Of a DNA stretch of 64,000 nt, positions 13,965-26,181 are shown piece after piece. Origin of the DNA: Camelus ferus (Eukaryota). The stretch spans positions 113,214,001-113,278,000 of the forward strand of contig NC_045697.1 in the NCBI RefSeq assembly GCF_009834535.1, written 5' to 3'. Position numbers and translations under genes: made by a program. The notes beneath the pieces were generated by a model that saw only the letters and a list, made by a program, of their open reading frames with translations, was not told where the DNA came from and searched no databases. Position 1 is the stretch's first letter. Every line of letters starts with the position of its first letter.

Positions 13965-14110
13965 GTAAGCAGTTAAGAGAGTAGGTTCTCAGCTCTTAGG
14001 TTGGGCTTGAGTCCCAGTTCTCCCACTTACCATCTGTGTAACCTCAGGCGAGTGACTTAACTTTTAAGAATCTGAGCTATCGCATCTGAAAATGTGCAAA
14101 AGGTGGTCTC
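13965..14110 (+). mobile_element. MIR SINE fragment
   Basis: TGGGCTTGAGTCCCAGTTCTCCCACTTACCATCTGTGTAACCTCAGGCGAGTGACTTAAC resembles the MIR core. Confidence 0.65.
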
Positions 14111-14350
14111 TATGAGATATTTTTTCATTTTTTAAAATTTTAATTTAATTTTATTTATTTTTGTGGAGGGAGATTTTTAGGTCTGTTTACTTACTTTTTT
14201 TTTTTTTTTTTTAGGTGACCTTTTCAGACTTTTAAAGTGAACTAGTACATCACAAGGTCAAGAACAGAAGAAGCCTGGGTCACTTGGCTCTGTAAACAAT
14301 CCAAATATTTAGAGGAAAATATTCAAAGCCCTTTCACAGACCTTAGAGTT

Positions 14351-14470
14351 CAGTGGTTCTCAAATTTGTCTACATATCATCTGACGAGCTTTAAAACACA
14401 CTGCTACCTATTTAGAATTTTTAGAAGATCCCCAAGGGGTTCAAATGTGCAGGCAAGTTTGGGAACCACT
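14351..14470. mobile_element. hAT-Charlie MITE (MER5-like)
   Basis: Terminal inverted repeats CAGTGGTTCTCAAA ... TTTGGGAACCACTG. Confidence 0.7.
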
Positions 14471-14625
14471 GGCTTAATTCAAAAAAAGGTCTTAATAACA
14501 GTATGGAGCTGTCTTGGACATGTCTTGGACCTCGAGGGGCTTTACAAAGTGAAATGAAGTTCTCCATGGATGCCCAGGGTCCACTGTAGTTAAAAGCCCG
14601 TCTTTGTTTACTGACTTATTACTAG

Positions 14626-14717
14626 TTTTTTTTTTTTTAATGGAGGTACCAGGGATTGAACCCAGGACCTAGTGCATGCTAAGCATGTGCCCTACCACTT
14701 GAGATATACCCTCCTCT
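14626..14717 (-). mobile_element. tRNA-derived SINE (camelid-type), short form
   Basis: Reverse complement reads GAGGGTATATCTCAAGTGGTAGGGCACATGCTTAGCATGCACTAGGTCCTGGGTTCAATCCC, with A/B boxes and a poly-A tail. Confidence 0.85.
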
Positions 14718-15817
14718 TGAGAATTAAATGAGGCAGGATGCATGAATAGGATAGTGCGAAGCACCTGTAGGGCTCAATTAGCATTTAATTCTATTGTACA
14801 GAACACAACTAACCTTTACTTCATGTTCATCAGATGCTCAAGAGCTCAGAAGCCCAGGACAAGTCTAGCAGGTTGTGGAACATCTCAACCACAGGCAAGG
14901 TTGACCGCAAGCACACTGGATTTTAAACATGCATCCCCTTAAAGTGTGGCTTATTGAAAATTCTAGGAAATGGCTGTACATAACATATCCACATCTTGAG
15001 AATCATAGAATTCTTTGAAGACAGTACGTTTGAACTCCCAAGTTTGTTATTATGTTCTGCTACTTTTTTAGTGGACTTTATTTTTGGCAAGATTTATAGT
15101 CCTCGTTTTCCTTTGGCAGTGAGAGCCACTTGTTTTGTTTTTAGTTCTGTTTCTGTGAAACAGCCTGAATCCCATAACCAACACGTCCCTCCAGGATTTT
15201 CCCAGGGGCATGTACAGGAGAAATATGTGATTTGTGTTCTTACATTAGCCAAGCAGTCCAGACATCAGCGATTTCCAAGTTAACCTTTATTTACTAGAAG
15301 AGTAATTTCGCCACTGTTTTCTTCTTTTTGTTTATTTTTACAGCCTGGACAAGGGAGATCCACAGAGGGTAACTGATCCTGGGTCAGATGGAAGGGAAGG
15401 AAGGAAAAGGACAGATTGGGGCAAAACCAGGAGAGAAAAGGGAAGTAGAACCCTGGGGTATGAGCACCACATATCACCCACCATCCTGAGCTCCAACTCC
15501 TGTGGCAGGGGCTGAGCTCCTCATGACTCAGAGTGGCACATACACAACCAGCCAAACCGTGGTGGACGGTTTCAGCCCTATGTTCCCCACTAAGAAATGG
15601 AGGGAAACACTAAGCAGGTTCCTTGCCTTCGGATATTATTTCAAATAGTAGTGAAATGATCTGCTGCTCTTATCATTTTTTATTTACTTAAAAGCTCTTC
15701 ACCAAAGGCCAACCAGTGCCAAGTACAGAACCTGAGCCTATTTTTGGGGAGACAAGGTGGGCACCAAGACATGGCTGTGACTGGAGACACTACTTAGCGT
15801 CTTGTGAGGAAGTTGGG

Positions 15818-16260
15818 CAATAATAATAGTAGTAATGATAATAATAGCCATAATGATAATAGTAATATTAATGGTGTTGATAATAGTAATAATAATAGCA
15901 ATAATGGTCATAGTAGTAATAATAATAGTACTAATAATGGCCACAATGATGATAGTAATAATAATAGTAATGCTGATGGTAATATGAATAGTAGCAATAA
16001 TAATGATAGCAGTAATAATCACAATAATGATGATAATAATAGTAGTAGTAATATAGCAATGATTATAATAGTAATACTACTACTAACAGTAATAATAATA
16101 GCAATAATGATAATGGCAATAAAATAGTAGTAGTAACAATGATAATAGTAATAATAATCACAATAATAGCAATAATAGGAATAGGAATAATGGTAGTAAT
16201 ATTAATAGCAATAATGATAATAGTAATATTAACGATCATAGTAATAATGATAACGGTAAC
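15818..16260. repeat. Degenerate (AAT/AGT/GAT)n trinucleotide low-complexity tract
   Basis: About 440 bp of TAA/TAG/TGA/CAA triplets. It generates the spurious Asn-rich and Ile-rich ORFs. Confidence 0.95.
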
Positions 16261-17150
16261 AGAAGGCAGTGACCCAGGGGGGAGGAGAAGAGCTGGTTGT
16301 GGTGACAGACCGGGGAAGCTCCTGACTGGTTTGCGTCTCTGTGTGTGGGGGGGTGACTGGGCAGGTGACGCGGCGTTTTCTCAGGGTGGCCCTCCTGAAC
16401 TAGTCAGTGTCACGAAGGCTGGCAAGGCCGGGGAGCAGGGGTGATGCTTTCAATCCCCTCTCAGAAGCTCATCAGATGCTGAGTCTTTTGATGAATAAAC
16501 TTAAGATCATGCTATGTTTCCAGAGCCTACCCGGACCGAGAGACAGGAGTCTCAGACTGGGAGAGAATTACGCCAAGCCTGATCATTTGAATGTGGCTAA
16601 GAAGAATTTTGCCTAGAGTCACAAAAGTCGGGGGACATCAGTGGAGGGAGCAAGCTTCATTCACGAAGACAAATAAGGCTGGGCAGCTGGCCCCAGCCAT
16701 GGTAAAATGAGAGAAGCAGGCAAAATCTGGCTTGGAAGCCCTGCAGTTTGCTGCCAGCTCCTTTTCCCCTTGCCTGGCAACCAAGGTGCCCTCCAGACCC
16801 CTCCTGTCTCACCGCCCTCTCATCCCGAGGACAGCTGGTTGCCCAGAAATACCCCTGCGAAGTCTAAGCTGCAGCGTGACACGCCCCCTCCCCACTTACC
16901 TCCTTCACGTTTCCAAGGAGCGTCTGAAAAGTGATGTCACAATGTCACTGGGCGCGAGGACGCGCACCTGACGGTGGGATTGCAGGCGCGTGGTGGAGGG
17001 CCTGGAGGACACCGGCTTCCCGCCTGTCGGTGTCCAGCACTCGGAGAACCGGTGACTCTACCATCTCTGGCCGGTAGCGCGCCTGCCACCTGCTCTCGGA
17101 GACAGGGCTGTCCAGTTGGAATCCCTTGAGTCTTCAACAGGGATTCCTAA
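16260..17150. promoter_or_regulatory. GC/CpG-enriched putative promoter or enhancer
   Basis: Local retention of CpG (GGCGCGAGGACGCGC, GGCGCGTGG, TAGCGCGCC) in otherwise CpG-depleted DNA, plus many GTGAC/GTCAC motifs. Confidence 0.45.
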
Positions 17151-17448
17151 TATCTGGCTTTTCTGATCTATGGTGGATGATGACAATCAAATTTTCTCTT
17201 CTTTTTTGGTGAAAAGATGGGCATAAATATCAAGGACGAAATATTTTGCGGACGATGTTGCAACAGCATCTGTATCTTTTCAACTGACCAGATCACAGCT
17301 GCAAAGCCATTGACACAGTCCCTCACCTTGATTGCTCTCTCCCTCTGTGCGTCCTTGCACTCTCTCCATCCAGCCTCAGGGTAAAGCAAAGTAATTTTAC
17401 CTCGCACTTGAAATTGGGCCTTTTAAAGCTTTATCTAAAGGCATCCTC

Positions 17449-17602
17449 AGGGAGGAGGGTAGACTACACTCAGTGGTATAGTGTGTGCTTAGCACGCATG
17501 AGGTCCTGGGTTCAATCCCCAGTACCTCCATTAGAAATAAATCTAATTACCTCCACCCCCCGCCCCAATAAAGCCGTCTGAATTCACATTTTAAAAAATA
17601 AT
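17449..17602 (+). mobile_element. tRNA-derived SINE (camelid-type)
   Basis: CTCAGTGGTATAGTGTGTGCTTAGCACGCATGAGGTCCTGGGTTCAATCCCCAGTACCTCC, then the CTAATTACCTCC tail. Imperfect TSD AAAGGCATCCTC / AAAGCATTCTC. Confidence 0.85.
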
Positions 17603-20600
17603 AAAGCATTCTCTCTGTCCTCTCAAAATAGTTTAAAACTTTGGCCAGCCATTTCCCCTGATTTTTTTCCCTCCCCACACCAGGATGTGTATTTAAAATA
17701 ACTTTTATTTACAAAACTGTATCTTAGCAACAGTGGCACAACACAAGAGTGTGTTATCTAAAGCAAACCTTTTCTGGCCATAAACTATAGAAGCAAAGCA
17801 GCCAAATGTGATTGGTATAGCTGTCCCGTGACACCAGGAGCCTGAGGTGTCACACGAGATTAAAGGCATATTTTTCAGACCTGCCGTGATCCATTATTCA
17901 TGTTTAACTCAAGGGATGGGCAACAGCCTTTATTCCCAATTATAGAATCATAAAATTTTAGAACAGGAGATATTGGAGGCTCCTTGTCCAGTCCTGTGAT
18001 ATTATAATGGGAGAAAAAAAAAAAAAAAAAACCAAACAGCTAAGGACAAGAAAGTTAACTCGCTTTCTTCAAAGCACACAGCTGGCTGGTAGCGAAGCTG
18101 GTTTAAGAAATCAGGTTTCCTGACTTTCAGTCCAGGAACTCCAGTAACCTTTGCCCGAGAACAGCTGTCTGGTTTTTGTTTCATGTGGATTCTTTTAAAT
18201 CCCCACTTTTAAATTAGGCTTCGGAATGAATCATGCCCAACTAAAAAATTGGAGATATATTCATATTTACAGGGGTTTTGAGATAAATTAGATAATTTAT
18301 GCAAAGTGCTTATAACAATTCCTGGCAAATAGCACATAGATATCTGTTAGCTATTTTAATTTTTAATGGTTCCTTAGAACTTATTAGGAGGATAGTAAGC
18401 TTAAGTTCTGACCACATGTTTCTTCTTTTGGTCTGAAAACCTATATTCACATTTAAGCATCTAGCTTTAATATTGAGGATACTCTTAGTGGCTGTTCCTA
18501 AAATAATGGCAAAGAGTTTTCACTCATTTCATCCGTGGTTTTTTTTTTTTTTTTAATTCTTCTGATAAAGAATAGATGTATTTTCAAGACGGCTAACCGG
18601 GTTGCAATTTGTGGTCTTGAAACAGAGGGAAAAAACAAGAAAAACACCTTTTATGTGATGTAAGATCCCAGGACCTCAATTCCATTAACATGATGTTCAA
18701 ATAACTAGATCAGTCAGTTAAAAAAAATATATTCTGGAAGTTTATTCAATTAAAAATTAGTGAAAAAAGAAACTGAGTTCCCAAGAGGTCAAGCCACTTA
18801 TTCTAAGTTAAAAAAAAAAAAAAAAGTTAGTCATCAATTTTGCTACATCAGTGCATTAAAAGGGATGTTAAATGAAAAGTCTGAATTTTCAGTTTTTTAT
18901 TCAGGCATGAAAAGGCAGTCTTTTGATATTTTCATATGTACTCACGGGCCTGAAATTAAACATTATTCTTCAGATTACGAGACGATCCATAAAATGATGT
19001 GAAGGTTCAGGAAGGTAAGTGATAACGGCTGATAACGGTGTGAAGGTGTTCTTTGTATGCCGATGCGTTGTTAATAAATCACTCAGAGCTGTTGTGAAAA
19101 CTCTGAAACTATTAATTTAAAATGATTATAAATTAAAATAATTAAAATACTATTACAAATAATATTACAAATAATTAAAGGATATCTTTCACAGTTATAA
19201 GTGAAACAGATATTCAATTAAAGACAGAAAAAGGATTATATTGATTTTTAACTAGAACAAGTAATTATGCACTTTTTCTTTGATATTTAATTTTTATTTA
19301 ATATTTAATTTTAAGAGTAATTTTATTTAATATTTAATATTAATTTTAATATTTAATTTTAAGAGGAATGACACAATTTTTTTTCCAAAACCCCAAACTT
19401 AAGTGTTAGCTGGTATCTGTTAATCCTGCACATTCTCTAATCTGGGTCAGATTCTTGATTTATTCGGACTGTAACACATGCCTAGTCTACAATCATAAAA
19501 CTTCCATTTAAGTTGCCTAGAGCATAAACGTTTTAAAAGTATTTTAGTTTCATTACTTATCTACTTAGAAGGAAGGTTCATAATGTTCCATACACTCTTT
19601 AGTGAAAGATGCAGATGAAGGACAGATAAAATAGAAAACTACTCTGAAAAAACACATCTGGTCAGTGATGGAGCCAAACTCAGAGTCTAGGTCCCCTTAA
19701 TCCCAGACCAATGGTTTTACAAATCAGATCATGTCAAGTGTGTCCCACTCCCTTCTTTTCCCCATCCCATGTTATCCTGCAGAATGTCATGCTTCTGGTT
19801 AGAATGGACTCCACATCCCCGATTATTATGGCTGTTTTCTTCAAATAGAAACAAAAACCACCTTCAAATATGTCACTAAGGATTCTTGCTAAAAATGGCT
19901 TTCTGGACCTCATGCCGGACCTGCTGAATGAAAAGTGTTAGGAGTGGGACATTTTAACAAGCTCCCCAGGTGACCCTGACACACACTGAAGAGAACCCCT
20001 AGCCAGGAGGGTGAAGACTGAGTCCTTAGCTTCAGATCTCAACGTTTGGCTCCTGTCTGCACTTCAGACTCCCCTCAACTGCCATTCTCTCCACTGAACT
20101 CTATGCTCCAGCAATATCTTTCTATTTAGAGCTCTCTGACTGTACCTGTCCTTTCACATTGCTGGCCCTTTGCTCTCATTCCCTCTGTCTGGAGAATCTC
20201 TTTCCCTCCCCACCCATCTCCACCTTCTTGGCAAACTAATCACTCCTGAGATGAGGTCAGGCTGCTCCTACCTTCCCAGACTTTCCTCTATACTTAGAAG
20301 CAAAATCAATCACTTATGCTCCTCCTCCTAAGAGCACGTGGATTTATCAGTTTGTTTGCATTTTGTGCAACCTGGTACCCTCAGTTCCGAGATACAGAGG
20401 AAACAAGAAGCGTTTGATGAAAGAATAACAAAGTGCACGGGGATGTGTTAGCTGTCACGACAATACTTCTGCACATCACTGGAGTTATAATCACATATGG
20501 ACTATTCAGCTACGGAGTTCCATGTTTTCCAGATGATACTACTGGAGTCAAAATACAAAACCATTACCAAATGATATTCATGGTGATAGAATAGAAATAT

Positions 20601-21493
20601 CCCCAAACTCCCTTTAGTCAATATCTATGCCAATTGGAACAAAATGTACAATATAAGAAGCCCTTCTTTTCTTCCTTCCTTCCTTCCTTTTTTCCCTTCT
20701 GTTTTTATATTTCTAAGTCAGTGCTGCCTCTCAGGCTTGAAATTGCTGCTTGTGATATGAAAAAGCGGCTTGTGTGATTTCACTAACATTACACACGGAT
20801 GAGATTTTTGGAAGTGTTGATTTCCCTTAAAGCACTCATTTTTCTTTCTTTCTTTCGCTCTTACAGATCAGATAATTATTTACTGACCAGTATTATTTGA
20901 GTTTTCAATTCAGTTTTTCTAGAATCTGATCCTGGTTTTATAGTTGCTGCATTTTTAGGAGAATGTCTATAAAATTCCAGTAGACATTCAACGCTTTATT
21001 TTGTATGTTCCTCTTTTAGACAAGGGCAATTTTACACCTCAAGGCTCCTAATTTTGAATTTTGAATGTAATATATGTGCATAGAATTACCACATGATGGC
21101 CCCCAGAACTGTTTATTACAAACACATACTAATAGTTGGATACTACAGTCAGGCAAGTGGGGTGGAGAGCAAAGAAAATAACAATGAAAAATATAGAGCA
21201 AAAGCAATGAATAGAATCAAGTCCTTAGAAAATACCCTTAGTTCCATAAGCATGAAGATGGCTGTGGGTATCATTACAAATAACCCATTCATTACTTTCG
21301 TGAGAGTAGACTTCTTATAACATGGTAGAATTAAGACAGAACAAAATTAATATCATAATAGAAATGTATGTGAAGAAATGTAATATCATAATGTGAAATG
21401 TATGCATGTATACTGCAGGAACACTGGGGACAGAGGGATAATCCTGACTGGGGAGATTCAGGAAGACTACAGGAGGAAGTCTTTGGATTGAGT

Positions 21494-21741
21494 CTTCCTT
21501 CCTTCCTTCCTTCCTTTCTTTCTTTTTTCTTTCTTTTCTTTCTCTTCTTTTCTTTTCCTTTCTTTTCTTTTCTTTTCTTTTCTCTTCTTTCTTTCTTTCT
21601 TTCTTTCTTTCTTTTTTCTTTCTTTCCTTCCTTCCTTCCTTCTTTTCTTTCATCTTTCTATCTTTCTTCCTTCCTTTCCTTTCTTCCTTCCTTCCTTCCT
21701 TCTTTTCTTTCATCTTTCTATCTTTCTATCTTTCTTTCTTT

Positions 21742-21780
<39 letters not shown>

Positions 21781-21833
21781 CTCTTTCTTTCTCTCTTTCT
21801 TTCTCTCTTTCTTTCTTCTCTTTCTTTCTTTTC
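21494..21833. repeat. (TTCC/TTTC)n compound microsatellite at an L1 tail
   Basis: Near-pure pyrimidine tract directly abutting a minus-strand L1 3' end. Confidence 0.95.
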
Positions 21834-22461
21834 GACATGTAGTTGGTTTACAATGGTCCAGGTGTGTAGCAAAGTGATTCAGTTATATACGTATATATAT
21901 ATATACACATTCATATATATACTTTTTCAGATTCTTTTCCATTATAGATTATTAAATGTGTCAAGATATTAAATATAGTTCCCTGTGCTATACAATAGGT
22001 CCTTGTTGTTTATCTGTTTTATATATAGTAGTGTATACCTGTTAATCCCAAATTCTCAATTTATTCTTCACTCCACTTTCTCCTTTGGTAACCATAAGTT
22101 TGTTTTCTGTGTCTGTGAATCTATTTCTATTTTGTGGATAAGTTTATTTGTATCATTTTTTTAGATTCCACATGAAGTGATATCATATGATATTTGTCTT
22201 TAAGTTATTTCACTCAGAACGATAATCTCCAGGTCCATCCATGTTGCTACAAATGGCATTGTTTTATCTTTTTTATGGTTGAGTAGTATTCCATTGTATA
22301 AATACACCACAATTTCTTTATCCAGTCATCTGTTGATGGACATTCAGGTTGTTTCCATGTCTTGGCTATTGTAAATAGTGCTGCTGTGAACATTGGGGTG
22401 CATGTATCCTTTTGAATTAGAGTTTTCTCCTGATATATGCCTAGGAGTGGGATTGCTGGAT
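21834..22461 (-). mobile_element. 5'-truncated LINE-1 (3'UTR and ORF2 end)
   Basis: GATGGACATTCAGGTTGTTTCCATGTCTTGGCTATTGTAAATAGTGCTGC matches the reverse complement of the L1 at about 11350-11410 and the L1 at about 52700. Confidence 0.92.
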
Positions 22462-23621
22462 GACTGCGTATTTAAATAGGAACATGAAAATAGGGAAAAA
22501 TAAAGGAGAGCAGTCAGTTTAGGAATTTTATTTGGGGGCCATATTTTGCCAGTATTGTTCTATTTTGTTAAATGCTAGAGATAAGTGTGTAGGATAAATT
22601 GCCTTTGAGTGGCCTGGAATATTTGTAAAGCAAATTGACTACTCTATTTACAACTTTCCACAGAGTAGCAGAGGTCATGATGAGGTTAAATTGATAAATA
22701 TCATAAACCATGAATCTAAAGGTGATCAGGTAGAAGGTTATAGTTCTATTCAGCAATCCAGCTAAATTACACACTGCTCACTTCCCCCACTTTCTTTGAA
22801 GACAAACAAAGAGAAAAAAAAAAAAAACTCCAGCTTTGATTTTTCTCAGGAAAATAAACTCTTATTGACTAGGCAGCAAATTAAAAAAATGAATGTGTAT
22901 GTAATTTATCCATTTGACTGCCTTTAAAAAAATCTAGAAATAACCCTGCTGATTGAAATTGCTGCCCGGTGAGAACCAGGATGTCCCCGACAGCCAGCCA
23001 CTTCCCCCTCACAGCGTGTACTCCAAGGCCATCTTTTTCGAGGGCCCCTGCTCTTTGCAGCTGTGCCCCTTCTCCCTGTACAGAGCACCTGCTGTTTTTG
23101 CGCTGTGAAATCAGCACGCCCCAGACTGCCTGCTCAGACTGCCTGTATCATGCCAGCCATCAGCACTTTTGCTCTAGGTTTTTTGTTGTTGTTGTTTTGG
23201 TTTTTTTTTTTTTTTTTTTTGGCTCCATTGGTGTAATAAAACTCCATCAATCATCCAAGAATTTCCAGTGTCTGTGAATGAGCTTTAGAAATGAGAACCT
23301 GGTAAGCAAGAGAACAAAATTTAGGAAAAAGTATAAGAGGGATTTAGGAAGCATGGATCTCAATAGAATTAAGTCAAGTCATCCTACACTTCGTCCGTAT
23401 CTGTGTTCTAACACCTGGAGGATGGAAAGAGCATGGGTGATATTTACAGGAGAAACAAGTTAAGTTAAAATATATAAGATCTGTGATTATATAAATGTGT
23501 TTGGCAGTGAAATGAAACAGAAACTCAAAATGAATTTGTAAAGGAAGGTAACACCGCACGTTCAGATGCGTTCTGTTTCTAAGCCAAAATCAACAAGTCA
23601 TTATTGGGTGTAGCCCTAGCA

Positions 23622-23635
23622 CCACCAGAGGGCAC
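23622..23635 (+). promoter_or_regulatory. CTCF core motif candidate
   Basis: CCACCAGAGGGCAC matches the CCASYAGRKGGCRS consensus. Confidence 0.55.
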
Positions 23636-23984
23636 ATCGCTTCCAGGAGCCAATATCATCTAACGTGTGAGGAGGAATCTGGGCACCATCTTGGTTGAAG
23701 TTTCAGTGAAAATGCAGCTTGTAATAAGTACAGTCTATTCTTTTGAAGATTCTCTTCATTAATTCTTTCATAATTCTCTGCCTGTTTTTCATGCTCTGAG
23801 ACTGAAATAGTCAATCACTAGAAAAATAGCAGTGCAGCTGAGTAACAGGGACATCAGGTGTGAATTACCTCTGCTAATGCCCAAGGGATGTATTTTTGAT
23901 GAGGCAAAACTGAGTTAACTTTTGTGCAACGTAATTTTCCTATTTGATTTTATATTAAAAAAAATAAAAACCTTAAAATGGCTT

Positions 23985-24120
23985 CAAAAACTTGTCAGTA
24001 TGTGAGGCGATGTATGTGTTAGCTTTATTATGGAAATAATTTCACAATATATATCAAATCAACACGTTGTACACCTTAAACTTAGAAAATTTTGTTTGTC
24101 AGTTATATTTCAATAAAGCG
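23985..24120 (+). mobile_element. L1M 3' end fragment
   Basis: GTTGTACACCTTAAACTTA...GTCAGTTATATTTCAATAAAGC is a typical L1M terminus. Confidence 0.75.
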
Positions 24121-24212
24121 GGGGTGGGGAAAGAAATGGTTTCAGAGGCAAGGTCAATCCCATGGCACAAAAATTCTCAATCATTCCACAGCTGCAATTT
24201 AAATTTTATTTA

Positions 24213-24339
24213 TTTATTTGTTTAGGGGGAAGTGATTAAGTGTACCTATTTTTTTTTTTAATGGAAGTACTAGGGATTGAATGCAGGACCTTGTGCATGC
24301 TACACACACACTCTTAACACTGAGCTATACCCTCCCTCC
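24213..24339 (-). mobile_element. tRNA-derived SINE (camelid-type)
   Basis: Same family as the 17449 copy. Perfect 14-bp TSD TTAAATTTTATTTA (24199-24212 and 24340-24353). Confidence 0.88.
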
Positions 24340-24827
24340 TTAAATTTTATTTAAGAATGCATAATTGAAAGAATACAAAGTAGCCACAGCATGCTCTGGT
24401 TTTTTTTTAATACTCTATTTTTTTTTTAAATTCAGGAGATGGATGACAATATGTGTGACATAGAAGGAGTTAAGAGAAAATACAGAAGAGATAATGAATC
24501 ATAACTTTTCCAAAATTCCTTAAATGATGAAAATTTATACACCCTGAAAACAAAATGCTGTGAGTTGGAAAGGAAGAAGTGGGGGTGTTTAGTAACCTTC
24601 CAAATAAAATAAGGTAACCATTCTGTGTGGGACAGAATTGGAGGAGATTAAAAACCACCATCCCTACAGTCTCTTTAATAGAAATAGTGGAATAAGAAAA
24701 AAAATTTTTTTTTTCACAGTGTACAACACTGCTGGTAAAGTATTAGGTTATCTCTGAATAACACTGACGGTGTCAAAACCATGGGGGTAAAGAAAGATGA
24801 GTTAAAGGATGCTGTGCAAATTTTCTC

Positions 24828-25052
24828 CTTCATTTCTTTCTTCCTTCTTTCCTTTCCTTTCTTCCTTTCTTTCCTTTCCTTTCCTTTCCTTTCCTTCCTT
24901 CCTTCCTTCCTTCCTTCCTTCCTTCCTTCCTTCCTTCCTTCCTTTTTCTTTCTTTTCCTTTCTTTCTTCCTTTCTTCCTTTCTTCCTTTCTTCCTTCCTT
25001 CCTTTCTTCCTTCCTTTCTTTTTTCTTTCTTTCTTTTTTCTTTCTTTCTTTT

Positions 25053-25115
<63 letters not shown>

Positions 25116-25116
25116 C

Positions 25117-25147
<31 letters not shown>

Positions 25148-25264
25148 CTCTTTCTTTCTCTCTTTCTCTTTCCCTTTATTTCTTTTTTCTCCTTCCTTCC
25201 TTCCTTCCTTCCTTCCTTCCTTCCTTCCTTCCTTCCTTCCTTCCTTCTTTCCTCTCTTTCTTTC
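24828..25264. repeat. (TTCC)n/(TTTC)n compound microsatellite
   Basis: About 435 bp nearly pure polypyrimidine tract; source of the F/L/S/P-rich pseudo-ORFs. Confidence 0.95.
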
Positions 25265-26181
25265 CCAGTGGGTTTTACCTGCTGCTATGAGCCATCAGAC
25301 CCTCAAGAACAGACCTTGTGCCTAGGAGGAGCTCTTCCAGCAAAGAGGTATGACAGGCTGTCAGTTGAACTCTCAAAATTTTAAATCATGTTACTACCGA
25401 TGAACACATTTGACAAAATTGGTTTTCCTTTTGTTTCACCAATCATGTTTAGAAGTGGTTTTGGTACAATATTATGACATTTAGTTATATTGCCAGCTAT
25501 TGCTTGTTAAATGCTGTATAATTAGTGATACAGCTTGATTTTCAAGAAAATCTTAAGAAATTTATTCTTTCTGATTTTACATCTCTCAGATTAAATGCCT
25601 TGTTTGAGTCTTTGTAACATAACAAAATAAGCATTTCAAGTGCTTTTAACTCCTAACAAGTAATACTTTAATGGCTCCCTTGTGATTTCACTGCTGTACT
25701 TAGGCTGGTCCACGGATTTCCAAATGTAACAGTTCATTGCGATTTATTTCTTGCACCTACCAAGACTTTCTAATACTATTTCTGCCTGATGGAAAAATGG
25801 TCTGAAATACTGTTCATTTTTTCACTGAAGAGAAGGTCTTATCTTAATTGATGAACCCAGCTTATTTTAGTGAAGTTCTATGACATGAGTTTCAGCATTT
25901 AGCAGATTTTCTGTATATTTTATCATCATTTCTTGTATGGTACTTTTAGTAATGCCTGACTTTTTACAAAGTGTCTGAGTTTCCTCTTTTGTTGATATTT
26001 TAAAAATTATTTAGCAAATCTTCAGTAAGATAAATCATCCAGTATGAAATAATTTAGATTACTAAAATCCATTTAGAAGTATTGCTTGCCAAAATATACA
26101 CTCTATGCCAGCAGGAATCAGTGTTTTGCTCACCTATGTAACCTAAACACCTAGAATAGAATAGTGTTTGGCACATAGGAG

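Noticed and set aside
15738..16444. Asn-rich and Ile-rich ORFs
   Set aside because: Produced by the AAT-type low-complexity tract.
17455..17530. tRNA-like sequences with A and B boxes (also at 14640, 24270, 27995)
   Set aside because: They are SINE heads with tails and, in some copies, TSDs; no proper cloverleaf or acceptor stem.
21315..21877. 132-aa K/E/R-rich and 159-aa F/L/S-rich ORFs
   Set aside because: Translations of the TTTC/TTCC microsatellite.
24781..25384. 169-aa and 191-aa hydrophobic ORFs
   Set aside because: Microsatellite artefacts, not membrane proteins.
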